This document shows, in pieces, positions 30,569 through 32,000 of a stretch of 32,000 nucleotides of DNA; positions within the stretch are counted from its first letter, which is position 1, and each line of letters starts with the position of its first letter. The stretch is taken from the NCBI GenBank assembly GCA_043808785.1, contig JAZDEL010000009.1, forward strand, positions 90,001-122,000, written 5' to 3'. The stretch is from Candidatus Iainarchaeum sp. (lineage in GTDB: Archaea > Iainarchaeota > Iainarchaeia > Iainarchaeales > JAZDEL01). The notes under the pieces were generated by a model that had not been told where the DNA came from, searched no databases, and worked only from the letters and a program-made list of their open reading frames with translations. Made by a program: the position numbers and the translations under genes.

Positions 30569-32000
30569 TCACCAGTCCAGGGTTTTTTTCCATGCCGCTT
30601 TCAGGGCGTCAACATCCGCATCCAGCAATTTCCTGCCGCCGAGGCCGAGCACACCCTTCTTTTTTGTGCCAAGCACAACAAGCCTTTTGCCTTTCGTTAC
30701 TTTCCCGCACTCCGCGAATATTGCGCCGTTTGCGCGCATTATTTTCTCGAACTCGTTCTTCAGCGCGGCGTTAACTTCCACAACAAACCTCGACTGCGAT
30801 TCCGAGAAGAGAAGCACATCGTCCCTCGCTTCGGTTTCAGTCCCGCAGGGCAGTTTCGCAAGCTCTATTTCAGCCCCCGTCCCCCCGCCGATGCACATCT
30901 CCGCAAGCGCCACTGCAATTCCGCCCTCGCTGCAGTCGTGGCAGGCGCGAACTATGCGCTCCGCATTCTCCACGCCTATTGCAGCTGCCCTGCTCATGCC
31001 CAGAAAGTTCTTCTTCGCCTGGCGCGCATCAACTTCAGGCACCTCTCCGCCCGAAACGCCCTGCAGGCGCGCATAGTGCGAACATCCAAGTTCGTTTTTT
31101 GTTTCCCCGACGATGTAAATCGGGTTTCCATCTCCCTTAAAATCCATTGTCACGCGCTTCCTGACGTCGCCCATTATTCCTGCCGCGGAAATAAGGAGCG
31201 TTGAGGGTATTGCAATTGCCCCGCCCTTTGCGGGGGTGTACTCGTTGTAGAAAGAATCCTTTCCCGAAATGAACGGAGTATCGAATGCGGTGGCGAAATC
31301 ATAGCACGCCCTGCATGCGCGCACGAGTTCGGCAAGCTTGCCCGCGTCCTCTGGATTGCCCCAGCAGAAATTGTCGAGCAGCGCTATCTCCTCGAACGGG
31401 CACCCGACTGCAATAAGGTTCCTTATCGCCTCGTCTATTGCGCAGGCAGCCATCCAGTAAGGGTCTATGTCTCCATAGAGCGGGTTTATTCCGCAAGCAA
31501 TCGCAACGCCCTCCATTGCGCCTAACACCGGCATTATTACCGCGGCATCGCTCGGGCCGCAGTTATCTGCGCCCGCAAGCGGCTTGACAACCGAGCCTGC
31601 CTGCACCTCGTGGTCGTACTGCCTTATGGTGCTTTCCTTGCTCGCGATGTTCGGCATGGAGAGCAGGGAGATAATTTCCGCGTTGTAATCGCCCTTTTCA
31701 GCGGGCAGTTTGGCTGTGCCTTTGCCAGTGCCCTTTCCTTTTGAGCCCTTACTCCCTTTCCACACGGCTTTCATCCTCTTCTTCGGCACGCCCTTGTGCA
31801 GGAAATCCATCTCAAGTTCGCACACGGATTCATCCCCGTAAAAAACCCTCAGGACTTTGTCGTCGTTGAACTTTCCTATGACCGCGCACTGCACATCCTC
31901 CTCCGCACATAGCTGCGAGAACCTCTCGAGGTTTTCAGGCGGAACCGCAAGCACCATGCGCTCCTGGCTCTCGCTCACCCATATCTCCCACGGCAAAATG
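30569..32000 (-). CDS. purL: Phosphoribosylformylglycinamidine synthase subunit PurL (C-terminal about 475 aa; 5' end outside the window)
   Basis: The reading frame is open to the window edge. AIR-synthase-like repeats (WVSESQERMVLAV, GKDSFYNEY, FSESQSRFVVEV). Stop at 30569-30571. Confidence 0.95.
   Translation of the reverse strand, partial: ILPWEIWVSESQERMVLAVPPENLERFSQLCAEEDVQCAVIGKFNDDKVLRVFYGDESVCELEMDFLHKGVPKKRMKAVWKGSKGSKGKGTGKGTAKLPAEKGDYNAEIISLLSMPNIASKESTIRQYDHEVQAGSVVKPLAGADNCGPSDAAVIMPVLGAMEGVAIACGINPLYGDIDPYWMAACAIDEAIRNLIAVGCPFEEIALLDNFCWGNPEDAGKLAELVRACRACYDFATAFDTPFISGKDSFYNEYTPAKGGAIAIPSTLLISAAGIMGDVRKRVTMDFKGDGNPIYIVGETKNELGCSHYARLQGVSGGEVPEVDARQAKKNFLGMSRAAAIGVENAERIVRACHDCSEGGIAVALAEMCIGGGTGAEIELAKLPCGTETEARDDVLLFSESQSRFVVEVNAALKNEFEKIMRANGAIFAECGKVTKGKRLVVLGTKKKGVLGLGGRKLLDADVDALKAAWKKTLDW

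Overview
Gene-dense chromosomal segment with about 36 CDS and 1 tRNA on both strands, and it reads as archaeal. A/T-rich TATA-like boxes sit about 26-28 nt (hand-counted) upstream of most start codons, which suggests leaderless genes. The tRNA-Pro has no encoded CCA. The gene set includes an archaeal-type NMN adenylyltransferase, Lrp/AsnC regulators and an SbcD/Mre11-related phosphoesterase next to an Lhr-type helicase. Lineage cannot be assigned from the sequence alone. Content is mostly housekeeping: CTP synthase, PRPP synthetase, enolase, a de novo NAD cluster (nadA plus nadC-nadM-nadB), purL-purQ, a TldD/PmbA pair, a CNNM/CorC transporter, a DHH phosphoesterase, a nitroreductase, a fold-III PLP decarboxylase and one RelE/ParE-RHH toxin-antitoxin pair. 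I saw no rRNA, CRISPR array, transposase or integrase. I could not identify a clear-cut novel multi-gene system. The items most worth a second look are: (1) a ~125-nt element closed by a 26-bp helix in the prs/membrane-ORF spacer, which may be a structured RNA, a long leader, or MITE-like; (2) two identical 41-nt palindrome-bearing repeats after tRNA-Pro that bracket a self-contained 35-codon gene whose product resembles only the tail of an antitoxin; (3) a twitch-type radical SAM gene and a tandem-Lrp regulator embedded in the NAD cluster; (4) a co-directional string of orphan small genes, a PLP decarboxylase, two small membrane proteins and TldD-PmbA; (5) the Lhr/MPE pair split by an opposite-strand orphan; (6) a HAD-like protein with Cys/Glu in place of the two catalytic Asp. 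All functional calls rest on motifs read by eye; no database search was run.
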